From Candidatus Methanoperedens sp. (GTDB lineage Archaea > Halobacteriota > Methanosarcinia > Methanosarcinales > Methanoperedenaceae), in the NCBI GenBank assembly GCA_027460535.1, contig JAPZAR010000031.1, forward strand, positions 91,072 to 123,071: a stretch of 32,000 nucleotides of DNA, written 5' to 3'. The stretch's first letter is position 1. Every line of letters starts with the position of its first letter. Positions 11,078 to 20,099 of the stretch are shown here, one piece after another. Position numbers and translations under genes: made by a program. A model generated the notes under the pieces. That model did no database searches, was not told the origin of the DNA, and saw nothing but the letters and a program-made list of their open reading frames with translations.

Positions 11078-11775
11078 GAATCCATTCCCTTGAACACGAA
11101 CCCTTTGAAGGCCTGGCAAACGTCGAAGTATGGGCAAAGAACAGGGGCCACGGCATTTCAAGAACCCTCCTCTTCAATAACGAAGAACTCCCCGATATGA
11201 GCGATTTCGACTGGCTTGTCATCCTGGGCGGCTCGATGAACATCTACGAGGAAGAAAAATACCCCTGGCTCAGGGAAGAAAAGAATTTCATTGCCGAAGC
11301 TATTGCGAACAAAAAAATTGTGCTGGGAGTGTGCCTCGGTTCTCAACTGATTGCAGATGTCCTTGGGGGCAGGGTTAGCAAGAATAGATTTAAGGAAATC
11401 GGATGGTTTCCTGTCTCATTAGCAGGAGAAGCAAAAAACTCCCCGATATTCAGTACCTTTCCCAGCACATTTACGGCTTTCCACTGGCATGGTGATGCAT
11501 TCAGAATACCGCCTGGCGCGGCAAGAATGGCTGAAAGTGAAGGATGCGCGAACCAGGCGTTTGAATACGGACGGGTGATAGGATTGCAGTTCCATCTTGA
11601 ATATTCAGTTGAGAGCATCGATCTCATGTTACAGAACTGCGAAGATGAGATTGTTGAGGGGAAATACATACAGAAACCGGAAGAAATTATATCACAATAT
11701 AATAATGTGCGAGAAATAAATAAATTGTTGATTTTATTGCTGGATAATATTGAAAGAGAGTTCGGTAGACCATAA
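11074..11775 (+). CDS. Class-I (type 1) glutamine amidotransferase
   Basis: 233 aa. It has the nucleophile elbow GVCLGSQL and a His/Glu region (QFHLE). ATGA overlap with the upstream gene. Confidence 0.85.
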   Translation: MRIHSLEHEPFEGLANVEVWAKNRGHGISRTLLFNNEELPDMSDFDWLVILGGSMNIYEEEKYPWLREEKNFIAEAIANKKIVLGVCLGSQLIADVLGGRVSKNRFKEIGWFPVSLAGEAKNSPIFSTFPSTFTAFHWHGDAFRIPPGAARMAESEGCANQAFEYGRVIGLQFHLEYSVESIDLMLQNCEDEIVEGKYIQKPEEIISQYNNVREINKLLILLLDNIEREFGRP

Positions 11776-11786
11776 TCGAGAAAGAT

Positions 11787-12521
11787 ATGATGGACATTAT
11801 TCTTCTTTCAGTTCTCATCTTTGCAGCGGGGCTGCTTTACTCTTCGGTAGGTCATGCCGGTGCATCGGGGTATCTGGCAGCAATGGCATTGTTCGGTCTT
11901 GCTCCAGATGTAATGAAGCCGACGGCTCTGGTATTGAACATTCTTGTCGCGTCCATCGCAACTTTCCAGTTCTACCGGGCGGGTTATTTCTCATGGAATA
12001 TCTTCTGGCCGTTTGCTGTTAGTTCGATCCCGTTTGCGTTTATAGGAGGGGCTTTATCTCTTCCTGGTTCCGTTTACAGGCAGGTCCTTGGTTTAATCCT
12101 ATTGTTTGCAGCATACAGGCTTTTTCAATACAGGCACTCGGCGGTTACAGATTCAGTTAAGCCAGTTCCGGTTCTCGGAGCCATTCTTTTCGGAGCAGGT
12201 ATTGGACTATTATCCGGAGCAATCGGAGTAGGAGGTGGAATCTTCCTGAGTCCCCTGCTCCTGTTTATGGGTTGGGCTAAAACAAAGCAAACCGCCGGGA
12301 TTTCTGCTGCTTTCATCCTGGTGAACTCCATAGCCGGAATTGCTGGGCATCTTGCAAGTGTGCAATTTCTGCCGGATGTCATGTATCCATGGGCATTAGC
12401 AGCAGTGTTTGGCGGGATAATCGGCTCTCATCTGGGAAGCCGTATGTTTGTGACTGTAACGCTATACCGTCTGCTCGCAATGGTCCTCGTTATCGCCAGC
12501 GCAAAGCTCATGCTTGGGTAA
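11787..12521 (+). CDS. TauE/SafE-family (DUF81) anion exporter
   Basis: 244 aa with about 7-8 TM helices. The N-terminus LLYSSVGHAGASGYLAAMALFGL is typical of the family. Confidence 0.85.
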   Translation: MMDIILLSVLIFAAGLLYSSVGHAGASGYLAAMALFGLAPDVMKPTALVLNILVASIATFQFYRAGYFSWNIFWPFAVSSIPFAFIGGALSLPGSVYRQVLGLILLFAAYRLFQYRHSAVTDSVKPVPVLGAILFGAGIGLLSGAIGVGGGIFLSPLLLFMGWAKTKQTAGISAAFILVNSIAGIAGHLASVQFLPDVMYPWALAAVFGGIIGSHLGSRMFVTVTLYRLLAMVLVIASAKLMLG

Positions 12522-12775
12522 ATTCCCTTGCGACCAGCCTTCCGCACAAATACCAAATGTTTCCTTCTTGATTTAACATTTTTATTCACATTATGAGTAT
12601 ATAAATAAATATGTATATATTGCTGAATATATGGGCTAAATTTGCTGCTATTCGAACAAAGCCAGGATTATCGCCACAATAATTGCCCCGGGGATTAAAA
12701 GTTTGAATGGCATGAAAGTAATTTCTCCAAAAGATTTATGAACATGCCTTCATAATGTTTAATGGGGAGGTTTTT

Positions 12776-13153
12776 ATGGATAAAGTAGTGCATTTTGAAA
12801 TTCCTTCTGACGACATTGAGAGAGCCCGGAAATTTTACAAAAACATTTTCGGATGGAAGATGGACAGCATTCCAGATATGGATTACATATTGATCGGCAC
12901 GACACCGGTGGATGAAAACGGTATGCCGACAGAGCCGGGGGCGATCAATGGCGGGATGATGAAGCGGCAGCGCCCTATCATTTCTCCTGTCATAACCATA
13001 AGGGTGGAGAACATAGACAATGCCCTGAAAAATATCAAGAAAATGGGTGGTGAAATGATTAGAGGAAAAATGCAGGTGGGAGACATGGGCTACTCTGCCT
13101 ATTTCAAAGATACAGAGGGCAATATCCTCGGACTCTGGGAGACCATCAAATGA
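12776..13153 (+). CDS. VOC (glyoxalase/bleomycin-resistance) family protein
   Basis: 125 aa from MDKVVHFEIPSDDIERARKFY. GGGGAGG RBS is 5 nt upstream, so the start is moved from 12755. Confidence 0.85.
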   Translation: MDKVVHFEIPSDDIERARKFYKNIFGWKMDSIPDMDYILIGTTPVDENGMPTEPGAINGGMMKRQRPIISPVITIRVENIDNALKNIKKMGGEMIRGKMQVGDMGYSAYFKDTEGNILGLWETIK

Positions 13154-13166
13154 ATGGAGCCAAAAA

Positions 13167-13553
13167 ATGAAAACCATTCGACAATCCGTAATTTTCAAAG
13201 CTAATCCTCATGAAGTCTTTGAGGCGCTGATGGATTCACATAAACATTCGGAGTTTACCGGTGAAAAGGCCAGCATCAGCCGTGAGGTTGGGGGAGAGTT
13301 CAGTGCTTATGGCGAGTATATCAAAGGAGTGAACCTTGAACTTGTTCCCGACAAGAAAATCGTACAGTCATGGCGCGGAAGTGATTGGCCTGAGGGCCAT
13401 TATTCCAGAGTTACTTTTTTTCTGGATGAAGTAAAGGAGGGTACTCGCCTCACATTTACCCAGACGGGCGTTCCTGACGAGCATTATGACGAAATAAGTC
13501 AGGGCTGGTACGATTTCTACTGGACCCCCATGAAAAAGATGCTGGAAAAATAA
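13167..13553 (+). CDS. SRPBCC/Aha1-domain protein
   Basis: 128 aa. MKTIRQSVIFKANPHEVFEALMDSHKHSEFTG matches the typical family N-terminus. Confidence 0.8.
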   Translation: MKTIRQSVIFKANPHEVFEALMDSHKHSEFTGEKASISREVGGEFSAYGEYIKGVNLELVPDKKIVQSWRGSDWPEGHYSRVTFFLDEVKEGTRLTFTQTGVPDEHYDEISQGWYDFYWTPMKKMLEK

Positions 13554-13705
13554 AAAATTATAGTTCAATAATTGCTCAAATAAATAGATTTATAAAGGAT
13601 GAATCTGAGTTTAATTCGGTGATGAACCAATGAGGAATTGTCTTTGCAAACAGTGAAACAGCGAAGATAGATCATCTGCCCCCCTCAGCAAAGCTTGTTT
13701 TTAAG

Positions 13706-13897
13706 GTGCTGGAAACCAGCGGTTTTTTGACACAGAAGGATATCGTGAGGCAGACCTATCTTCCGGCGAGAACAGTAAGATACGCCCTGAACAGATTGAA
13801 GGAAGAAAACGTATTGCAGGAGCGCTTCTATTTTCAGGATGCGCGCCAGAGTCTGTACGGGCTGAACAGAACAAGCGGGGAGGTGGTGACAGGGTAA
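13706..13897 (+). CDS. Small winged-helix DNA-binding protein (MarR/TrmB-like)
   Basis: 63 aa from a GTG start. The open frame continues upstream to 13634 (GIVFANSETAKIDHLPPSAKLVFK) and reads like the normal N-terminus of such proteins, but it contains no ATG/GTG/TTG. The true start is therefore uncertain. Confidence 0.5.
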   Translation: MLETSGFLTQKDIVRQTYLPARTVRYALNRLKEENVLQERFYFQDARQSLYGLNRTSGEVVTG

Positions 13898-14027
13898 TTG
13901 CCTCTTATTTCTTCTTAAAAAATGCAGGATGGAGGAGCCACTACGCGATCACCCATAGGATATCTCAATACTTAAACAGTTTGAAGCGTTAAGTACTTAA
14001 GTTTACACTGTGTGTAAAACCATTAAA

Positions 14028-14627
14028 ATGATAGAACTGGATAATCTCGATGTAAAGATATTGACCCATCTGGAGAGCAATGGCAGAAAGTCCTTTCAAG
14101 AAATAGCGAAGCACTGCCTGACAAGCGTCCCCACTGTCAAGAGCCGTGTGGACAGGCTTCTTGAACTTGGAATTATCAGTAAATTCACCATAGACATTGA
14201 TAACAGCAAACTTGGGATAACCGAGGCGATATTACTTATGAATGCAAAGCCAGGCGCCATTAGCAGGATAACTGAAGAGCTCCGGGGGCTTGAAGAAGTT
14301 AAGGAACTGTACGTAACATCTGATTCTGAAACAGCCATAGTATCAAGGGTAGCGGGGGATATGCAGCGCATTCTCGCGATACAGGACAGAATAAATCTCA
14401 CCGACGTGAATAACATCCGCATATTATCAGTAAAAAATGCATTCACAAAGGATTCAACTATCCCGCTCGCCTCTTCCAGTATAACCTTGACATGTTCTTA
14501 TTGCAATAAGAAAATGGCCGGAGATGCTGTAAGGAAGAAATTCGACAACAAAGACTATTACTTTTGCTGCACCACATGCCAGGGCGAGTTTGAAAAAAAA
14601 TACTCTAAACTGCTTGCCAAAGTCTAA
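14028..14627 (+). CDS. Lrp/AsnC-type HTH regulator with a C-terminal TRASH metal-binding domain (CopR-like architecture)
   Basis: The N-terminus LDNLDVKILTHLESNGRKSFQEIAKHCLTSVPTVKSRVDRL is an AsnC-type HTH. The C-terminus CSYC-x20-CCTTC fits the TRASH pattern Cx2C-x19-22-Cx3C. Confidence 0.8.
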   Translation: MIELDNLDVKILTHLESNGRKSFQEIAKHCLTSVPTVKSRVDRLLELGIISKFTIDIDNSKLGITEAILLMNAKPGAISRITEELRGLEEVKELYVTSDSETAIVSRVAGDMQRILAIQDRINLTDVNNIRILSVKNAFTKDSTIPLASSSITLTCSYCNKKMAGDAVRKKFDNKDYYFCCTTCQGEFEKKYSKLLAKV

Positions 14628-14764
14628 TGAGAGAATAATCAGGAAACAGAAAAAATCTACTGAATTAGTATGCATTTTCAAAAAAGCAAATTTAATGCAT
14701 TTTTATCTTAATTTTATAAAGCACAAATCAAATAAAAGATTATCACCTTCAATCTAGTGCAGCG

Positions 14765-15001
14765 ATGGCGGAGAAAATGCAAAATACTATACTGGATGTA
14801 AGAGGTAAGACATGCCCTTATCCTTTCATCAGGACAAAATGGCAGATGGAAAAGATGGGAAGCGGGGAGATACTTAAAGTGATAACCGATGATTCTGAGG
14901 CACCTCATAACATCGATGCATGGACGAAAAAATCGGGTGATGAGATTAAGAAACTTGAAAAGGAAGGGAGCACATTTATTATTTATCTAAGAAAGAATTA
15001 A
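14765..15001 (+). CDS. TusA/SirA-family sulfur-carrier-like protein (second copy)
   Basis: 78 aa with the RGKTCPYP Cys-Pro-x-Pro motif. Confidence 0.85.
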   Translation: MAEKMQNTILDVRGKTCPYPFIRTKWQMEKMGSGEILKVITDDSEAPHNIDAWTKKSGDEIKKLEKEGSTFIIYLRKN

Positions 15002-15004
15002 AGT

Positions 15005-15655
15005 ATGGACAGTAATTTTAATAAATATATCCCGGCTCTCAGCCATGAGTGGTTAACGCCTTTGTATGATCCGATAATGCAGCTGTTCATGCGCGAATCC
15101 ACATTCAAGCGTTGCCTTGTCCTGCAGGCAAAGATAGAAAAAGGTTATCGAGTCCTTGACATAGGCTGCGGTACTGCCACACTCACTATTCTCATAAAGA
15201 AAGTCAATCCCGAAGCTGAAGTGAGGGGGCTTGATGGAGATCCTCAAATCCTCAAGATGGCAAAGACAAAAATAATTCGTGAAGGTATTGACATTAAACT
15301 TGACCTCGGGATGTCATTTGAATTGCCGTATCCTGACAGCTCTTTTGACCGTGTGGTTTCAAGCCTGGTATTTCATCATCTGACTCAGGAACAAAAAGCC
15401 CGCACATTTAAAGAGATATTCCGGGTTCTGCGGTCCGGAGGAGAATTGCATGTCGCTGACTTTGGAAAACCTCATAATGGACTGATGTATTTGATATCCC
15501 TGGTATTCCGGCATCTTGAAGAAACAAGAGATAACATAAGAGGTTTGCTGCCGGAGATGATGCAGAAAGCTGGTTTTGACCATGTCGAAGAGACAGCCAG
15601 ATATTCGACAATTTTTGGCACGCTTTCCCTTTACAGGGCAAGAAAGGCTCTTTAG
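15005..15655 (+). CDS. Class-I SAM-dependent methyltransferase
   Basis: 216 aa. Motif I is VLDIGCGTATLT, with an acidic post-I residue (RGLDGD). It starts 3 nt after the TusA-like gene. Confidence 0.9.
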   Translation: MDSNFNKYIPALSHEWLTPLYDPIMQLFMRESTFKRCLVLQAKIEKGYRVLDIGCGTATLTILIKKVNPEAEVRGLDGDPQILKMAKTKIIREGIDIKLDLGMSFELPYPDSSFDRVVSSLVFHHLTQEQKARTFKEIFRVLRSGGELHVADFGKPHNGLMYLISLVFRHLEETRDNIRGLLPEMMQKAGFDHVEETARYSTIFGTLSLYRARKAL

Positions 15656-15780
15656 ATTTGTAAACCGAAAACCCTTAAACTGATAGGTGGTATAAATAAT
15701 TTAAAAACGTATGAAACAAAAACGAGTGTTCCTTGTTCTATTAATAGCAATTATAGTTTTGAACTTCAATTAGCATTCTC

Positions 15781-15960
15781 TTGTTCCAGTGGCTGCTGAT
15801 GCTTATTGGATTGGGGTTCTCGATTTCAATCGGCAAAAATATTTCGAAACGGATTTTCCGCGGAAATAATTCTGTATATATCCCTGTATTGATATTTGTT
15901 CTCATCTTTTTTATTTTCAATCTCTGGGTACTCGGACAGCCGATAATGCATAAACACTGA
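15781..15960 (+). CDS. Possible small 2-TM membrane protein (59 aa from TTG, 53 aa from ATG at 15799)
   Basis: Manual translation gives LFQWLLMLIGLGFSISIGKNISKRIFRGNNSVYIPVLIFVLIFFIFNLWVLGQPIMHKH. An upstream 20-codon hydrophobic ORF (15711-15773) in another frame suggests a decayed larger gene. Confidence 0.2.
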   Translation: MFQWLLMLIGLGFSISIGKNISKRIFRGNNSVYIPVLIFVLIFFIFNLWVLGQPIMHKH

Positions 15961-16099
15961 TCAATTGGCTAACTGCGCTCCCGTAGGCCCCTATTGTTCG
16001 TGTAAGCCCCAAGTAGGGGAGCTTTTTCTTCCTGTTCTTTTGTCTATTATCTGGCGCTCCGTTGGGTGTCCTGAGGAGCGGAGTAAAAATTAGTATATT

Positions 16100-16167
16100 T
16101 ATTACACACTAATTATAAAACCCTCGGCGCCGATATGTTCCCGAAGCATCTTCATTCTTCAAAACCA
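16100..16167 (-). repeat. Inverted copy of the tail/promoter (T/P) module of the 27.8-32 kb repeat family
   Basis: Minus strand reads GGTTTTGAagaatgaagatGCTTCGGGAACATATCGGCGCCgagggTTTTATAATTAGTGTG. Compare 29826-29878, GCTTCGGGAACATATCGGCGCagggagTTTAATATTTTTGAAGTGATA. Confidence 0.7.
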
Positions 16168-16196
16168 AGCCTGCCAGATCACATATATAATACAAA

Positions 16197-16352
16197 CCGC
16201 AGATAAAAGCGCCCAGAGTCACGGGCCTCCCGAGTCGCGCCTCGGGAGGGCGCACCCACGCATGCCGCAGGCATGCGTGTATACCAAGTCGAGAAGCGTA
16301 GTTTTCGGTCTGAGAACCCGCAGGGTTTCGGCATTGATGAACGCAGATTTAG
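16197..16352. repeat. Long member of the CGCAGAT element family carrying GC-rich perfect hairpins
   Basis: It starts ACCGCAGATAAA and ends GATGAACGCAGATTTA, the same two ends as the 6979-7012 element. The interior holds CCTCCCGAG/CTCGGGAGG (16226-16249) and CACGCATGCC/GGCATGCGTG (16257-16279), plus AACCC-GCA-GGGTT (16315-16327). Confidence 0.7.
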
Positions 16353-16856
16353 AGTCTCGTTCTTCATAGCATTTTTACTACGCCGAATATTTATAACTCT
16401 GTAATTATTAAACTCCAGGCGCGCCGTTCCCGGAGCAGCAATATTCCATTAGACCCGAACTCCCCAGGCCCACGTTGATGGGATGGGCTTTTTTCTTGCG
16501 GAGGGGAAGACGGAATCATTTCTGGCTGGGGGCGCGAGGAGAGGTATATGATCAGTTCGCTTGTTGTTCTGACGCGTGAGATTATGCTGGCTCTTAAAGT
16601 CGTAAATGTCGTGGAATGCAGGGATGAAACCTGTGATTTCGTCGGATATAGCAGGGAACCAAAAACAGAACCAAAAATATCTTGAAGACTGATATAATGT
16701 TGAGAAGAATTCACCGTTGAAACGTGGCATCGAAATGAAAAATATATTGCATAATTAGAATTGATTTCTTGAATCCAGAATTGGATTTCTGAGAACATCG
16801 GTAGACTCGTCCTAGGTTGACGCCGAACGCTAAGAGCATCCAGAGACGGCTGTGAA

Positions 16857-19800
16857 CTATGCTTCGCCTCGAACAAAGTAATCTGCCAATAACTCAGCCT
16901 GCTTTAACACTGTATCAATAGCTTTTTGCTGCATATCCGGCGGATACCCGTATTTGTTTAATGTTCTTTTTACCAGTACCATTAGCTTTGCCCTTGCACT
17001 TTCCCGAATTGTCCAATCTATTGTCGCATTAGCCTTTACCTTTTCTGCCACTTCAATTGCAATAATTCTCAATTTGTCATCACCTAAGACTTCAACCGCT
17101 GAACCATTTTCAGCAAGTGCATCATAGAAAGCCAACTCTTCTTTTGATAAACCTAAATGAGCTTCTCTTTCATCATTCTCCTTTATTTTCTTGGCAACTT
17201 CATCAACTAAAAACTGTATAATTTCTGCTGTTGTCAGCAATCCATTATTGTACTTCTTGATTGCAGTTTCAAGCATTTCAAGCAAGGCCTTGCTTTTTAC
17301 AAGGTTGGTTTTTGAACGGGTTCGGATTTCATCATTGAGGATTTTCTTTAACAATTCAAGAGCCAGGTTCTGATGCTTCATACCTTTTATCTCCTGCAGA
17401 AATTCCTGTGAGAGAATGGATATCTCAGGCTTTTTTATGCCTGCCGCATCAAAAATATCTATCACCTGATCTGAACTCAACGCTTCATCAACTATCTGTT
17501 TTATGGTAGTTTCAATATCCAGATCTGATCTGCCACCACCGTTGCCTATAAACTTTACAAGCCTTGCCTTTACAGCCTGAAAGAATGCAACTTCATCTGT
17601 TATTGCCAGCGCTTGTCCGTCTGGCACGGATAACGCAAACGCCTGAGAAAGCATTGTGACTTCCCGGATTAAACGGTTCTTGCCATTCTCAAGACCCATT
17701 ATATGTTCCTCTGCCTGTAAGATTATCGAGAGCTTTTCTTGTGGTGAAGCTGAAAAGAAACGCCTGTAATTAAAGCCCGTTCCAGGATATTTGCCATAAT
17801 AAGCCGTGGGTTCCGCGATAAGGATCGCCTCTTTTGATTTGCTTTCTTCAAAGAAAAGCTGGCGCACTATTTCCAACTTCTCCAGCATTGCAGCTACTGC
17901 CTTTTCCTGCCCTTCTGCAGGGTCGCCTTTTCCACCTGAATTAGAATAAAAAGACAATGCTTTTTTAAGGTCTGTTGCAATGCCAAGATAATCAACAACC
18001 AGACCGCCAGGTTTGTCTCTAAATACCCTGTTTACCCGCGCTATAGCCTGCATCAGACTGTGGTCTCTCATTGGCTTATCAACATAAAGCGTATGCAGAC
18101 AGGGCACATCAAAACCCGTGAGCCACATATCTATGACGATGACCAGTCTTAACGGGTCTTCCGGGTCTTTCATTCTATCGGATAAATCCCTACGCTGCGA
18201 TTTAGTGGTGTGATGCTTCTGCATGACTGGGCCGTCAGCACTGGATGCAGTCATGACAACTTTGATCGCACCTTTTGACAGGTCGTCATTATGCCACTGC
18301 GGTCTAAGCTTGGTGATCTCATTATAGAGGTCAACCGCAATCCTGCGGCTCATAGCCACGACCATTCCCTTGCCCTCAAATCTGGCTGTCCGCAGCTCAA
18401 AGTGTGTGACGATATCCCTTGCTAAATTCTTTATCCGTTCCGGATTCCCAACAATGGCTTCAAGTTTTGCCCACTTGGCTCTTACTCTTTGCTTGTCGGT
18501 TATTTCTTCGTCTTCTTCAAGTTCTTTATCGAACTCTGCGATCAAGCGCTTGCCTTCCTCATCCAGATTTACTTTGGCAAGACGGCTTTCATAATAGATC
18601 TTAACTGTTGCGCCATCAGCAACGGATTGTGAAATATCGTAGATGTCAACATACTGCCCGAAAACTGCCGGGGTGTTTACGTCTGTACTTTCAATGGGCG
18701 TGCCTGTAAAACCAATGTATGTAGCATTGGGAAGGGCATCTCTCATATACTTGGCAAAGCCGTAGGCTATGCGTTTGCCGATTACATCTTTGGTTTCTTT
18801 GTCTTTTACATCAACAAGCTTTGCTTCAAAGCCATACTGGGTTCTATGCGCTTCATCAGCAATAACTACAATATTTCTTCTGTCTGAGAGCCGGTCGAAT
18901 TCTGCCTTGCCTGCTTCGGGTAAAAACTTCTGGATGGTTGTAAACACAATACCGCCGGAGGCAACGTTCAGCAGTTGTTTCAAATGCTCCCTGTCTCTTG
19001 CCTGTACCGGTTCCTGCCTCAGCAACTGCTTTGAGGCTGCAAAGGTGTCAAATAGCTGGTCGTCAAGGTCGTTGCGGTCTGTGATAACTACAACGGTGGG
19101 ATTGTTCAGGCTTAAAACAAGCTTGGCTGAATAGAAAACCATCGAAATGGATTTGCCGCTACCCTGTGTGTGCCATACAACACCGCCTTTGCGGTTTCCA
19201 TTTGTAGAAGCTGCTTTGATTGTGTTTTCTACTGCTTTATTGACTGCATAGTATTGATGATAGGCTGCTAATTTCTTTTCAGTCTCAACCTGTGTAATGC
19301 CTGTTTTTGGATCTTTCTTCTTTGATTTCTCAAATATTATGAAATTGCAAACAAGGTCTAATAAGGTAGTGGGGTTCAGCATTCCTTTTATCAGGATCTC
19401 TAACTGTGGAATGAACCGCGATGCTTCTTTTTTGCCGTCTGCACTTTTCCATGTCATGTAGCGGCTGAATCCTGCAGAAACGCTTCCTGCCCTGCAATCC
19501 ATTCCATCTGAAATAATGCAGACCTCATTGAAAGCAAATAAGCCCGGAATGGTGGCTTTGTAGGTCTGGATTTGGTCAAAGGCTTTTTTTATGGTTGCAG
19601 TTTCATCTGCTGCATTCTTCAACTCAAAAAGCACGATTGGGATACCATTGATAAAGAGCAAGATGTCAGGTCGCTTGTTCTGGTTATTCTCAACGATCGT
19701 GTACTGATTGACAACTAAAAATTCGTTGTTTGAAGGATGAGCAAAATCAATCAACGCCACTTCAAAGCTTCTTTCGTAGCCGTCCTGCTGATATGGTATT

Positions 19801-20099
19801 TTTATTTTCTCAATTAAGAACTGGTGAAAGGTTTCATTGTTGTGCAACAGGTCTGGTGAATAAATACGCAGCACTTTTTGCACAGCCTGTTCCTGTGCAT
19901 CCGCAGGAATATCAGGGTTTAACTTTGCAACAGCTTTGCGCAGGCGCTGCGTTAAAATGATCTGATCAAAACCTTCTCTCTCGGCAAACTCGGCGCCGGG
20001 GGCGATGGAAAGACCGTGGACATGTTGCCAGCCTAATGTCTTAAGTATTTCGATGGTAAAGGTTTCGATTTGTGATTCAGTGATTTTATTCGTCGTCAT
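16857..20099 (-). CDS. hsdR: Type I restriction enzyme R subunit HsdR
   Basis: 1080 aa. The N-terminal nuclease motif is RPDILLFINGIPIVLFELK. Helicase motifs are HTQGSGKS and VIADEAHRTQ. A conserved C-terminal domain is present. 14-nt overlap with the upstream rhuM-like gene. Confidence 0.95.
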   Translation of the reverse strand: MTTNKITESQIETFTIEILKTLGWQHVHGLSIAPGAEFAEREGFDQIILTQRLRKAVAKLNPDIPADAQEQAVQKVLRIYSPDLLHNNETFHQFLIEKIKIPYQQDGYERSFEVALIDFAHPSNNEFLVVNQYTIVENNQNKRPDILLFINGIPIVLFELKNAADETATIKKAFDQIQTYKATIPGLFAFNEVCIISDGMDCRAGSVSAGFSRYMTWKSADGKKEASRFIPQLEILIKGMLNPTTLLDLVCNFIIFEKSKKKDPKTGITQVETEKKLAAYHQYYAVNKAVENTIKAASTNGNRKGGVVWHTQGSGKSISMVFYSAKLVLSLNNPTVVVITDRNDLDDQLFDTFAASKQLLRQEPVQARDREHLKQLLNVASGGIVFTTIQKFLPEAGKAEFDRLSDRRNIVVIADEAHRTQYGFEAKLVDVKDKETKDVIGKRIAYGFAKYMRDALPNATYIGFTGTPIESTDVNTPAVFGQYVDIYDISQSVADGATVKIYYESRLAKVNLDEEGKRLIAEFDKELEEDEEITDKQRVRAKWAKLEAIVGNPERIKNLARDIVTHFELRTARFEGKGMVVAMSRRIAVDLYNEITKLRPQWHNDDLSKGAIKVVMTASSADGPVMQKHHTTKSQRRDLSDRMKDPEDPLRLVIVIDMWLTGFDVPCLHTLYVDKPMRDHSLMQAIARVNRVFRDKPGGLVVDYLGIATDLKKALSFYSNSGGKGDPAEGQEKAVAAMLEKLEIVRQLFFEESKSKEAILIAEPTAYYGKYPGTGFNYRRFFSASPQEKLSIILQAEEHIMGLENGKNRLIREVTMLSQAFALSVPDGQALAITDEVAFFQAVKARLVKFIGNGGGRSDLDIETTIKQIVDEALSSDQVIDIFDAAGIKKPEISILSQEFLQEIKGMKHQNLALELLKKILNDEIRTRSKTNLVKSKALLEMLETAIKKYNNGLLTTAEIIQFLVDEVAKKIKENDEREAHLGLSKEELAFYDALAENGSAVEVLGDDKLRIIAIEVAEKVKANATIDWTIRESARAKLMVLVKRTLNKYGYPPDMQQKAIDTVLKQAELLADYFVRGEA

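Noticed and set aside
16179-16876. ORFs in the 1.2-kb gap left of hsdR (16179-16367, 16391-16876, 16449-16730)
   Set aside because: No recognisable motifs, RBS or promoter. 16179-16367 is translated straight through the GC hairpins. The region is better explained as repeat or decayed DNA. A degraded gene cannot be excluded.
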